Assembly (NCBI GenBank): GCA_002269645.1 | Contig: NIVC01000517.1 | Coordinates: 213,043 to 277,042, forward strand | Direction: 5' to 3' | DNA from: Macrostomum lignano | Taxonomy: Eukaryota | Length of the DNA: 64,000 nt | Shown: positions 1 through 11,200 of the stretch, piece by piece | How the letters are laid out: every line of letters begins with the position of its first letter | How positions within the stretch are numbered: the stretch's first letter is position 1 | Notes under the pieces: generated by a model | The model's input: only the letters and a program-made list of their open reading frames with translations | What the model was told of the DNA's origin: nothing | Database searches by the model: none | Position numbers and translations under genes: made by a program

Positions 1-1144
1 CAGCTGAGGACGACAGTGAAATGATGGACGACCCGGTCGATCGGATTATCAAACTATCGACGCCTCTGCACGCCGGCGCCGAGTGGCTGCGCGCTAGCGG
101 CGCCGTCAACGCCAAATCTAAAGATCTGCTAGCGGCGCTGCTATGTCGACGTGGCGACTTCACCGGCGCGCTGCACTGGACTCTTCGCCGATGCGAGTTT
201 GCTAGGGCCCCGGCTCTACTTGGCCAGCTGTTATCGTTGGCGCCGCGTCCGGAGGACTGCGTGGCCGATTTAGTGCACGCGCTTGCCGACCGCGAAGCTG
301 GAATAGCCCTGCTTGAGCAGCTGCTGACTTCCGCGATGTCGCCTGCAGTGGCTGCCCAGTTAGCGAGGTCAGTGCGAGAATTACCTGCGGCTGTTTTGTT
401 TAGTTAAAATCCTACTAACAGTAGCATTTCAGTAAAAAAGACGATATTTTCTATAATCAAAATCAAACTACTCTACTCATAGTAGAACACCAAAACATTT
501 TACAGTCCAAATTGAATTTGATTGTAAAAATTCACCCACTAAGCTAAGAGTGTTTAGTGAGTTTAATAATTAACTAGTTAATTAAAAAGTAAAAAAGTTA
601 TTTTTTTCATTTACAGCATCACTTTTTTACTGACAGCATCAAAATCAGCAAAATATGCCCTAGTTTGTTTCATGCCCTTAAAAGAGCCGTTTTATTTAAT
701 TTCAAACTGCTTAACTGCTATCACAGATGCTGTCACTCCGGCCGGCTGGACTCCTCTCGCCTGTCAGCCCCCTTCTGTCTGGCGTGGCTGCGACAACTGT
801 TTCAAAATTCAAGCAATTCGGCTTCGTCAAGCGGCACCGATGCCGGGCCGGAGCTGCGGATGTCGCTGACAGAGCTCTTAGCCAGACAGGAGCGTCAGCA
901 AGCCGAAGGCCTGTACGCAGACAGTCTGTGGCACTTCGCTTGCTGCGGTCGCCAGTGCCCTGAGAGCGACCTGTTTCAATTGCGCTATCCAACGCTGCTG
1001 CGGCGCTTAGCTGAGACCGGCGCAGATGCCGAACTGCGCGCCTTAGTTGATAGATTAATTAGGCGCGATGGTAAACAATTGAAAGCAATGCCCTGTCCAG
1101 TGTGTTTTGGCCAGGCGCTGGGTCTGGCCTCCGATCAGCGTTAG
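1..1144 (+). CDS. 3' part of an unidentified spliced gene (helical Leu/Ala-rich protein); exons <1-367 and 727-1144
   Basis: The frame of ORF 21..407 is open back to the window start. Donor AG|gtcagt at 367/368 (phase 2) joins acceptor cacag|A at 726/727 (phase 2), giving ...AAQLAR-CCHSGRLDSS...ASDQR*. Exons are GC-rich and the intron is AT-rich. No family recognised. Confidence 0.6.
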
Positions 1145-1331
1145 TTGTTTATTATCTAATCACAAAATTGCACTGATTTGCTCACTAACTACTCTTAGTA
1201 TAGCAGGTGAATTTTTATTAAATTAAATAAATTTAGACTGTAAAATGTTTAGAGTTCTACTGCTAGTAGAGTAGTTTGAACTTGATTATAGAGAATATCG
1301 CGTTTTTTACTTAGATGCTACTTTCAGTAGG
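411..1331. repeat. Pair of ~151-bp imperfect inverted repeats (411-561 and 1181-1331)
   Basis: cctactaacagtagcatttcagtaaaaaagacgatatttt...cactaagctaagagtgtttagtgag aligns to the reverse complement of ctcactaactactcttagtatag...tacttagatgctactttcagtagg. No clear TSD. Confidence 0.85.
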
Positions 1332-1774
1332 TGAAAAATAGTTTTTCTGGTGCTTTTTCATATGTATCTTTGATCTTTGATTCCAGTAATTCATAAATCA
1401 ATTTGCTTAATTTGCCCGATTTCAATTAGCTGTGCAATGCTGACAGCTCACGAATCTTTGCTAATTGTTTTTTATTACTTGCAGATTCTCCAATTCTGCA
1501 GTGTATAAATATAGTTATTTGTTTGGTTTGATTTCTTCTTTTTGCTTGAAAGTTTTTATTGACGTTGCTACCAAAATTCGCATAATCTATGAATTCTTTT
1601 TTTCACTTATAAAATTTCAGCATCACAAATATTTTTTGGTTTGATAATAGCGCCGTGGATTAAATACAGTACTTTCAAGCGCGATTGTGATTCTCTGTTT
1701 CCAGTATCTGTTGAAGTGTTTTAGAGCTAAATCTCGAAATATAGAATCGCTCTATTTTCACTCCCTAAGAGACT

Positions 1775-2030
1775 CCTGCATTCCCTAAATCTCACTGAGA
1801 ATCGGCCTTATGCATTCCCTAGATCTCACTGAGAATCGGCCTTATGCATTCCCTAGATCTCACTGAGAGTCTCCCTTATGCATTCCCTAAATCTCACTGA
1901 GAATCGGCCTTATGCATTCCCTAGATCTCACTGGGAATCGGCCTTATGCATTCCCTAGATCTCACTGAGAATCGGCCTTATGCATTCCCTAGATCTCACT
2001 GAGAATCGGCCCTATGCATTCCCTAGATCA
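1775..2030. repeat. 34-bp minisatellite (atgcattccctagatctcactgagaatcggcctt)
   Basis: About 7 direct tandem copies visible. Confidence 0.9.
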
Positions 2031-2784
2031 CAAACTGTGTTAAGAAGGCGCTGTTTCTAGTTCAGACAGCATCACCTGGAATTACATAATTCTAGGCCGC
2101 ACCTGCATGTCAAACAGAAAATTGATGCATAATTAGCCGGCGTTCGCGTGTTAGCCGGTAATTAAACTAATTATGCATAAGTATGCCCTGTGCTCTGTGT
2201 TGAACGAATCTAGCAGTCGCAAACAAGAGAAATTTTGTACAGGTAGTCTGTAATCAGTGGATTTTACATTATGTAATTATTGCATCCGTTGTCTTTTTTA
2301 CGAGACAGTTTATGTTTGAGACAGTGCGAGCATATCTGTTTGGCTCCACGATTTGATTCTAGATTATTGTACTTTTAGGGCGATTTATAAACAATTAAAT
2401 CGATTGGATAGGATTAATAATTTACTATATTTAAATTATGTTAAAATTAATAAATTTAAATTATGAAGTTTGTGTAATTACTAATTGTTATTTTCATATC
2501 TGTGACAGGATTATTTCAGCAAGCATTAGCCATTTGCCGATATGTAGAGTAGAAAACTATTTTGGCAATCTTTCGCCGATATGTAGAGTAGAAAACTATT
2601 TAAAGGGAAACTGTGCATTTGCTGATTGATCCGACAAATATTTGAATTGTTAGAAAAATTAGTTAAGGATGAGTGTCTTTATAACTTGTGTTGGACAAGA
2701 GACGAAACAGTTGTATATGTACATGTAGCTAGTTCATATTTTGGCCGCTAGAATTCTGAGGTTAAAGCTGAATTGATGAAGCTT

Positions 2785-5700
2785 TCAGACGAACTCCATG
2801 CCAAAAGTGATGCTCAACTCTCCCGGATAGATGAATGTGCCGTGGTACCAGACGCTCGGGTCGATCACAACTGCAAACAATCAGTATAAAGCAGCAATTT
2901 TAACGCCAGATATCAGGGGTGAAAGTGGCGTAGCGGTTAATGCGTCCGGCCTTAGAACGAGAATCCCTGGGTTCGATTCCTCAATGTGGTCAAATTAATA
3001 TCATTACCCATTGTCTTCACATTTATCAGACACTAAGCCTCAAAAATAGACAGTAATTAGCTTTCACACTACTTACACAGATCTCCGTCCTGTAGGTGGG
3101 CCCGAACAGGGGGGCACTGGAACCAGCATTCAGCCGGCGGATGAAGCTCCCACACCTTGCGACCCCGAATCTGGGCTTGCCAAGCTGGCTTGATTGTGTG
3201 ATCGACCTGCGGGAAACGTGTTGCGTATTATTTCCATTAGAGGGTTGTAGCCAGTGGTCAGAGCTTCGGACTTGAAAGTCAGGGGTTCGATTCCCAATTC
3301 CACTAAACTATTTGTGTCCTTGAGCATTAACTGGAGTAATTGTGGCGACTGCCCAGTCCTTGGACTGAACAAACGTACGCAGCTTTCAGATGCGCCGCGC
3401 AATAGCTGCGGCTGAGCTGTCGGTTGCACATCTGGTCCAGTTGGGGCAGGTGTGATCAGTTATTTTTATTATTGTTATTGTACATGTAGGCTGCGCAACC
3501 GCGGCACAAACAGTGCAAAAGCGTTAAGGCTCTTTCAGACCGGCCAAAAAGCCAGACCAAAATCATCGTTCACAATTCAGTTTGATAATCTGCATCAATC
3601 AAAAGCAGTAGGGCCAGCAACGCATTAAAATTCACCTCTATAAAGTACTGACTCCAGCTAAATTCCCTATCGCTGCATCCTCAATAAATCAGCAACTTTG
3701 GATCGCCGATTAAAGTCCCCACTGCCAGTCTTGTAAATCCAGTGTCACAATTTCCGGAAGAGCCATGAATGATCACCGCCGGGCCCCACTAAAATTTACT
3801 TCTCGAGAAAAAACCGGCAGCTATAAAGAAGCACTGATTAAAGCTTGACTGCTTCTCTATATTAGAATGCCTGGATAACTGAGGGAACTGCAACTTTACT
3901 GTGCTGAAAGGAGAAGTACAAAACTGTCTACATAGGGAAGGATATTGGAACAGAGGGAGGGATTTACATGTAGCTCTATGCATCGGCTGTTCAATAGGCT
4001 TGCGCCGGCTGCTTGTTAAGGAGCAAGAGGGCTTACTTGACAACTTCAAGGATCTGTTAAGCTTAGATTATACTGTCTGGTATATAGCTCTGGCCTCTGG
4101 CTCTGAGGGGGGGGGCGAGGAGAGAACAAAGAAAATGATAGATACGAGAAGAGTGGTAGAGAGAGGGGAGAGTAGATGAAGGTAGAGAGGAGGAGGAGAT
4201 AGGGGTAGAGTGGGAGGGGAGATTAGGGTAGAGAGGGAGAGGAGATGAGGGTAGAGAGGAAGAGGAGATAGGGGTAGAGAGGAAGAGGAGATGAGGGTAG
4301 AGAGGGAGAGGAGATAGGGGTAGAGAGGAAGAGGAGATGAGGGTAGAGAGGGAGAGGAGATGAGGGTAGAGAGGGAGAGGAGATGAGGGTAGAGAGGGAG
4401 AGGAGATGAGGGTAGAGAGGGAGAGGAGATGAGGGTAGAGAGGGAGAGGAGATGAGGGTAGAGAGGGAGAGGAGATGAGGGTAGAGAGGGAGAGGAGATG
4501 AGGGTAGAGAGGGAGAGGAGATGAGGGTAGAGAGGGAGAGGAGATAGGGGTAGAGAGGGAGAGGAGATGAGGGTAGAGAGGGAGAGGAGATAGGGGTAGA
4601 GAGGGAGAGGAGATGAGGGTAGAGAGGGAGAGGAGATGAGGGTAGAGAGGGAGAGGAGATGAGGGTAGAGAGGGAGAGGAGATGAGGGTAGAGAGGGAGA
4701 GGAGATAGGGGTAGAGAGGGAGAGGAGATGAGGGTAGAGAGGGAGAGGAGATAGGGGTAGAGAGGGAGAGGAGATGAGGGTAGAGAGGGAGAGGAGATGA
4801 GGGTAGAGAGGGAGAGGAGATGAGGGTAGAGAGGGAGAGGAGATGAGGGTAGAGAGGGAGAGGAGATGAGGGTAGAGAGGGAGAGGAGATGAGGGTAGAG
4901 AGGGAGAGGAGATGAGGGTAGAGAGGGAGAGGAGATGAGGGTAGAGAGGGAGAGGAGATGAGGGTAGAGAGGGAGAGGAGATGAGGGTAGAGAGGGAGAG
5001 GAGATGAGGGTAGAGAGGGAGAGGAGATGAGGGTAGAGAGGGAGAGGAGATAGGGGTAGAGAGGGAGAGGAGATGAGGGTAGAGAGGGAGAGGAGATGAG
5101 GGTAGAGAGGGAGAGGAGATAGGGGTAGAGAGGGAGAGGAGATGAGGGTAGAGAGGGAGAGGAGATAGGGGTAGAGAGGGAGAGGAGATGAGGGTAGAGA
5201 AGAAGAGGAGATGAGGGTAGAGGGGAAGGAAGATAGGGGTACAGGGAAGGAAGATAGGGGTACAGGGAAGGAAGATAGGGGTACAGGGAAGGAAGATAGG
5301 GGTACAGGGAAGGAAGATGGGGGTACAGGGAAGGAAGATAGGGGTACAGGGAAGGAAGATGGGGGTACAGGGAAGGAAGATAGGGGTACAGGGAAGGAAG
5401 ATGGGGGTACAGGGAAGGAAGATGGGGGTACAGGGAAGGAAGATGGGGGTACAGGGAAGGAAGATAGGGTAGAGAGGCAGTCAAGGAGGGGATGGAAGGA
5501 GAGTTGGAAAAGTAGAGGGAGATGAAGAGATTGCTGCAAAAAGAGACACTAACACAGGCAAAATTGAAAAGTAGGAAAGCAGATCCCATGTATGAAGACA
5601 TCTCCCAATATTTTCGCATTTACAAGCGAGCCAATTTAGCCACTTACATGCAGGTAGGCGGCCTCCTGCGAGGTGCCCATGAAGAACCACTCCATCTGGC

Positions 5701-6418
5701 CGTGCTCCGTATCCTCAGGCAGAAAGTGCGGCACCTTGTAGTAGTTCTGCAACTCGAAATGCACATTGAGATCCACGTTGCTCCAGCCGAAATACCACGG
5801 CTTAGCTTGGTCCTCCTCGGACATGTGAAACGCCTGCTGCAGCTTCTTGTACTTCATCGGCAACCGGAATGGCAGCAGCTTGTTCCTGTAGTGATGCGGC
5901 GCGTACGACTTCGGGTACTTGTCGTAGAGGTCGCGGAAGAAGCTCAGGTTGAAGCTGGCCATGGCCGGCCAGTCCAGGGTGGAATTCCGAACGATCACGG
6001 GCCTGGCGGGTCTGACGTAGACCTTCTCGAATCTCTCCTTTGTGAGATTGTGATAGTACTCAATGTCCACGTGACCGTTGTGGCTCAAGCCGCCGCAGGT
6101 GGCCTCGCAGTTGCTGGGATGCCTGGCGGTCTCCAGCAGGAACATCCAAGCTTTGTAGGCGCAGGGCTTCTGTTTCCAGCTGGCCAGCCACTGGCCCGGC
6201 GTGATGACGTAACCCCGGCTGACCGAGTACGCGTGCACCAGAACTGTCAGGCAGACGAGCAAACTCCACCTGTTCAGGCCCGGCACAGAGCGGCGTCGCG
6301 AACCGGCCCGATCCTTCAGCTCGGCAATCAGATCTGCCAGCAGTGCTTCTCTCGCCTCCGGCTTCGATTGCTGGCCGAGTAGCTTATCTGCTTCTAGAAG
6401 AAACTTTGGATCAGTCAT
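2785..6418 (-). CDS. JmjC/cupin-like 2-oxoglutarate/Fe(II) oxygenase family protein with N-terminal hydrophobic anchor (JMJD8/CG2211-like), ~328 aa; exons 5648-6418, 3077-3206, 2785-2870
   Basis: Phase-consistent GT-AG junctions give ...WFFMGTSQEAAYLH|VDHTIKPAWQAQIRGRKVWELHPPAECWFQCPPVRAHLQDGDL|FVIDPSVWYHGTFIYPGELSITFGMEFV*. HxD...H triad present. PVIVRNSTLDWPAM and WYFGWSN motifs are typical of cupin-8/JmjC proteins (recognised from memory). Confidence 0.85.
2916..2995 (+). mobile_element. tRNA-derived SINE head or tRNA pseudogene in JmjC intron 2
   Basis: Pol III A box tggcgtagcgg and B box ggttcgattcc with tRNA-like spacing; no good acceptor stem. Confidence 0.55.
3241..3480 (+). mobile_element. 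tRNA-headed SINE with truncated CORE-like segment and (TAT)n-like tail
   Basis: A box tagccagtgg, B box ggttcgattcc, then tgtgtccttgagca. The 3' part (ccagtccttggactgaaca...gcaggtgtgatca) recurs in reverse orientation at ~42570-42700. Confidence 0.75.
4150..5480. repeat. Purine-rich 23-bp then 21-bp minisatellite in JmjC intron 1
   Basis: gagggtagagagggagaggagat and gggtacagggaaggaagatag tandem units. Confidence 0.95.
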
Positions 6419-6774
6419 AATTTCTCAAGTTCAAGCAGCTGCGCCGAGAGATTCACGTGTTCGGCGTCTCGGGGCCTGGCACGAGCGAGCTTAAAAATAA
6501 TGCTGGGCCTCATCTCGTGTTGGCTCGGGCGGCCCATTGTCCTCTCCGTGCATGCTGGCTTGTCTCCCCCCCCCTGCTTTTCATCTCTGCTTCTTTCTTT
6601 GCGACTCCTTCTGTGTGCTTCTTGCCTACTTGTGGAATAATAAGGCCATTGTCTGCGTGAGCACAGGACTGCACAGCTTCGGTCTATTGAAGTGGCTCGC
6701 TTTTGAGCACTGCCTGCATCAAATGAGATGGCCAGAACCTTTACTAAATATAAATAGATTACAATGCACGAACT

Positions 6775-7805
6775 CTATCTACTGTTTACGAGCATACAAT
6801 CTATTATTTATCATCTACCATCTGTTATCTACCATCTACTAGCTGCTATCCACTATTTACTATCTACTGTCTACTGTCTACTATCTACTGTCTACCATCT
6901 ACGGTCTACTATCAACCTTCTAGTATCTACTGTCTTCTATCTACTGTCTACTATCTACTGTCTACTATCTACTGTCTACTATCTACTGTCTACTATCTAC
7001 TGTCTACCATCTACGGTCTACTATCAACCTTCTAGTATCTACTGTCTTCTATCTACTGTCTACTATCTACTGTCTACTATCTACTGTCTTCTACGAGTAT
7101 CTACTGTCTACTATCTACTATGCAGTATCTACTGTCTTCTATCTACTGTCTACTGTCTTCTAGCTACTGTCTACTATCTACTGCCTACTATCTACTGTCT
7201 ACTATCTACTGTCTTCTACGAGTATCTACTGTCTACTATCTACTATGCAGTATCTACTGTCTTCTATCTACTGTCTACTGTCTACTATCTACTGCCTTCT
7301 ATCTACTATGTAGGATCTACTGTCTACTATCTACTGTCTACTATCAACCTTCTAGTATCTACTGTCTTCTATCTACTGTCTACTATCTACTGCCTACTAT
7401 CTACTGTCTACTATCTACTGTCTTCTACGAGTATCTACTGTCTACTATCTACTATGCAGTATCTACTGTCTACTATCTACTGTCTTCTATCTACTGTCTA
7501 CTATCTACTGCCTTCTATCTACTATTTAGTATCTATTGTCTACTTTCTACTATGCAGTATCTACTGTCTACTATCAACCTTCTATTATCTACTGTCTTCT
7601 ATCTACTGTCTACTATCTACTGCCTACTATCTACTGTCTACTATCTACTGTCTTCTACGAGTATCTACTGTCTACTATCTACTGTCTACTATCTACTGCC
7701 TACTATCTACTGTCTACTATCTACTGTCTTCTACGAGTATCTACTGTCTACTATCTACCATGCAGTATCTACTGTCTTCTATTTACTGTCTACTGTCTAC
7801 TGTCT
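6775..7805. repeat. Degenerate (ctactatctactgt)-type minisatellite
   Basis: Tandem short units with higher-order variation. Confidence 0.9.
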
Positions 7806-8252
7806 AGTATACATATGAAACTATTAGTACTCCAACTGCCACCTCTACCAGACGCCAAAACTCCCGGCTCAAGGCCTTTAAGTACCCAAACAGATGCATA
7901 ATTAACGAGGCTCGCCGGCAAAACTATTTTACCCGAGAGTTTCTCTTCAAATTCTTTTCGCCACAATTGCGTCCCTACAGCTGACTACCCTCGCGGCTTG
8001 ATTGCTTTGCAGACTTCCATCGTCAGTGAATCATCAATCGCTAAAAAACACACCCATACCATCGTGAATGGCTTTTGGTTGGGGGGGGACCTGTTTGTGC
8101 AACTGACAATTAATCAAGATTTTTCTCTCTTCAGCTGCACAGGACCAATAACGCTCTCTCTCTCTCTCTCTCTCTCTCTTCAGATTCCAACTACAAGATG
8201 TTGGCAATGTTTCTAAAGTCTAATAGTGAAGGTGTTTAAGCAGCAGGCATAC

Positions 8253-11200
8253 CGTAGTCTGGTAGAACAAACAGGCAGACACTTGGGAGAGGGCACTTTC
8301 CGGTGAATTCGAGTCACAGCCAATTTGGAGTGAAGAAGCCACTGCAACTGCCTGCACTGTAAATCTTATGGGTCCGGATAAGGTCCGAATTGCATAATGC
8401 GGACCTTCATGCCTGAAGGCGGACCTTCATGTCTGAAGGTCCGATTTTTTTGGTCAGAGAAAACGAATGAAATTTTTTCAAGTGCCCTCAAATGATATTT
8501 TTTTAAGCACACGCGAGATTTTATAGAGAAAATCGGACTGGAAATAAATTTAGGTTTTATACCACCGTATTTTTTGCCGCATAAAAACACAAATAAAATT
8601 ATCCGTCAAATGTAATTGCATCAATCGAAAGCTCTAAATGCCTTAAATTAAAGGAATTATATATTGTATTCCTTTTAACAGGTACAAGCGCATTTCTAAC
8701 ACAGATCAAAAATATGTTGGGAACTTTTGTTTCACTCTACTAACTTCGAACATTTAGATTGTTGCGTGCAATTCGTTCTGATCAAACCTAAAAATTAGTG
8801 CTTTTTAAACGTTTTTACGCGTTGTCCATTCCACAACGACGAATTTAGTAGGCTTATCCACTGTCCAGGATATGTTAAATGGAGATGAAAATGTAATTTC
8901 AAAACTATTTCAATGTAGTATATGTCTTCATACACACAAGGATTTATTTAAGCTTATAAGTCATATAAAACTATACCATTCTTTTGGGAATAGCAATTTT
9001 TTATGTCCAGTTAGGGGATGTTACCATATTAGTGTTACAATTGAAGGATTACAAGCACATGCCTATCGTATGCACAAAAACAGTGTTGTTGATAATTTTT
9101 CCCAAGACCAAGTTCTACAGCCAAATTGTGTTCATAATAACCCTACTCTAGACTTATTAGGAAACCCTTTAGAAAATGAATTGCAAGCTGTGCCTATAGA
9201 TATAGCCATATTATCTACTATTTGTAACCAAGTTGAAAATGAAAAAAAAGACCCTGAATTTGAAATGTCTAGTGATTTTTTATGTGAAAATACAAGAAAA
9301 CATCTTGCTGAAAATTTTGTTTACTTTTATCTAAAGTCTAGACATTTCTTTTTAATTCCTAAAAGCAAATCTAATCAATTATGTGAACTTGTTAAGGAAA
9401 TAGTATTGAAGTTTGCTGATGACTATTTTTTGTTATTTGAGCAATTTTTAAAAGAAGAATGTCCTTCAATAGTTAACAGCTATAATTCTTATAAAAATAA
9501 ATTAAATTTGCAAGAAATGATTGACCTTTCATTAGAGCATCTATTAAGTAATAAAAAAATATTTGAAATTTTACAAAACAAGTTTAATTTTGTTGAGCCC
9601 ATTGAAATCATAGATGAAGAATCAAAATTAAAAATTCTATATATTCCAATAAAAGAAACACTTAGTTCTATTATAAAAAATGAGACATTGCTTAAGTATA
9701 TTATTACAAATTCTTATTTAAATGCAACCAACAAAGAAAAATTTTTTTCAAGTCTACTTATTTTGAAGAACATATTAGTCCATTGTTAACAAATAAGAAT
9801 GGTATATTCATAAAACTTTATTCAGATGAAATTGAAATATGTAATCCTATTGGGTCTGCCAAAACAAAACATAAATTATGTGTAGTATACTTTACTATTC
9901 TTAATTTCCCTGAATATCTTAGTTCATCTTCAGACTTATATTTTCTTTTAACAGTATTTAATGATTCAAATGTTAAAAAGAAAGGTTTACAGTTTTGTTT
10001 ATTTCCATTAATTAGAGAGCTGAATGAGCTTTACTTTGAAGAATTTCAAATAAGTAATTTGATAAAAATGCCTGTTATTGCTGCTTTCATGACTGGGGAT
10101 AATTTATCAATACATAGAATGTTAGGTATGCAAACTTGGTTTTCAAGTGGTTATATTTGTAGATTTTGTTTTATAGGTTATAAACAGCTTTGTAGCATTA
10201 GATTAGAAGAATTAAGTACATTATTCCTATTTGAATATCAAGATAATTCATCATATATTGAAGATTTTAAATCCTTAAGTAATGGTTTAATTTCACCATC
10301 TGTGTTTAGAAGTGTAGCATATATTAACTTTCAATATTTTTTCCCCCCTGATATAATGCATGATGTGTTTGAAGGGTTTTCTCATGTTGTTATATGTATT
10401 ATTCTATTAAGTATTATTCAAAATCATAATATTAGTATAGACTATATAAACAAACAACTAAATTTGATTAAAGAAGTCAGTATTCCTACAATAAATAAAT
10501 ATCACTTACAAAATTATCATCTACCATGTACTTCTAATCAAATAATTGTTATTCTACAATACTTTGGACTTTTATTTGGACATTTGTTTGAGTTGGATGA
10601 TGATATTTGGATATTATTTAATTGTCACAGGCAGTTTCTTGACATAATTTTGTCCCCATATGATAGTAGCATAAACTTAGAATATTTTCAATCTCTTATT
10701 TCTGGCCAATTAGAATTAATATATAGAAACACGGGCTTCAATCCTAAATATAAATGTAAATTGCATTATATATGTCACTATCCTGAATTTTATCATTATT
10801 ATAGTGGTCTTAAATACTTATGGTGTATGCGAGGTGAAGCTCATCATCAATTGCTTAAGAATATAAACAGGCATGCAAGAAATTTCAAAAATCCTGCCTA
10901 TACATGTGCAAAACAATATCAAATTCAAAAGGCACTTATCATTAAGCACTATGAACCAGGTACAATTAAGAGCCATAATATAAATCCTATTAGCTTAAAT
11001 ATGCTATTGACAATAGATGAACAAACTGAGTTATGCAACAACATGAATTTAGATACAGACTCAATTATTGGCACTATTTGTCTTTCTACTAATGAACTAA
11101 AATATCAGGGGTTTGTATATCGGACTCCAACATTAAATTACCGTTATTGTTTGCCAATTTTAGAACCAACTGGAATTGCTTTAGCATTAATTAGCCATAT

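Noticed and set aside
4063-5619. Long ORFs (518, 438 aa) on the minus strand
   Set aside because: Translations of a 23/21-bp minisatellite inside JmjC intron 1
5522-6382. 286-aa plus-strand ORF
   Set aside because: Antisense shadow of JmjC exon 1
6764-7901. 347- and 232-aa Tyr/Leu/Ser ORFs
   Set aside because: Minisatellite read-through with no non-repetitive coding context
9736-9750. Programmed -1 ribosomal frameshift in the transposase
   Set aside because: No in-frame X XXY YYZ heptamer; a homopolymer indel is simpler
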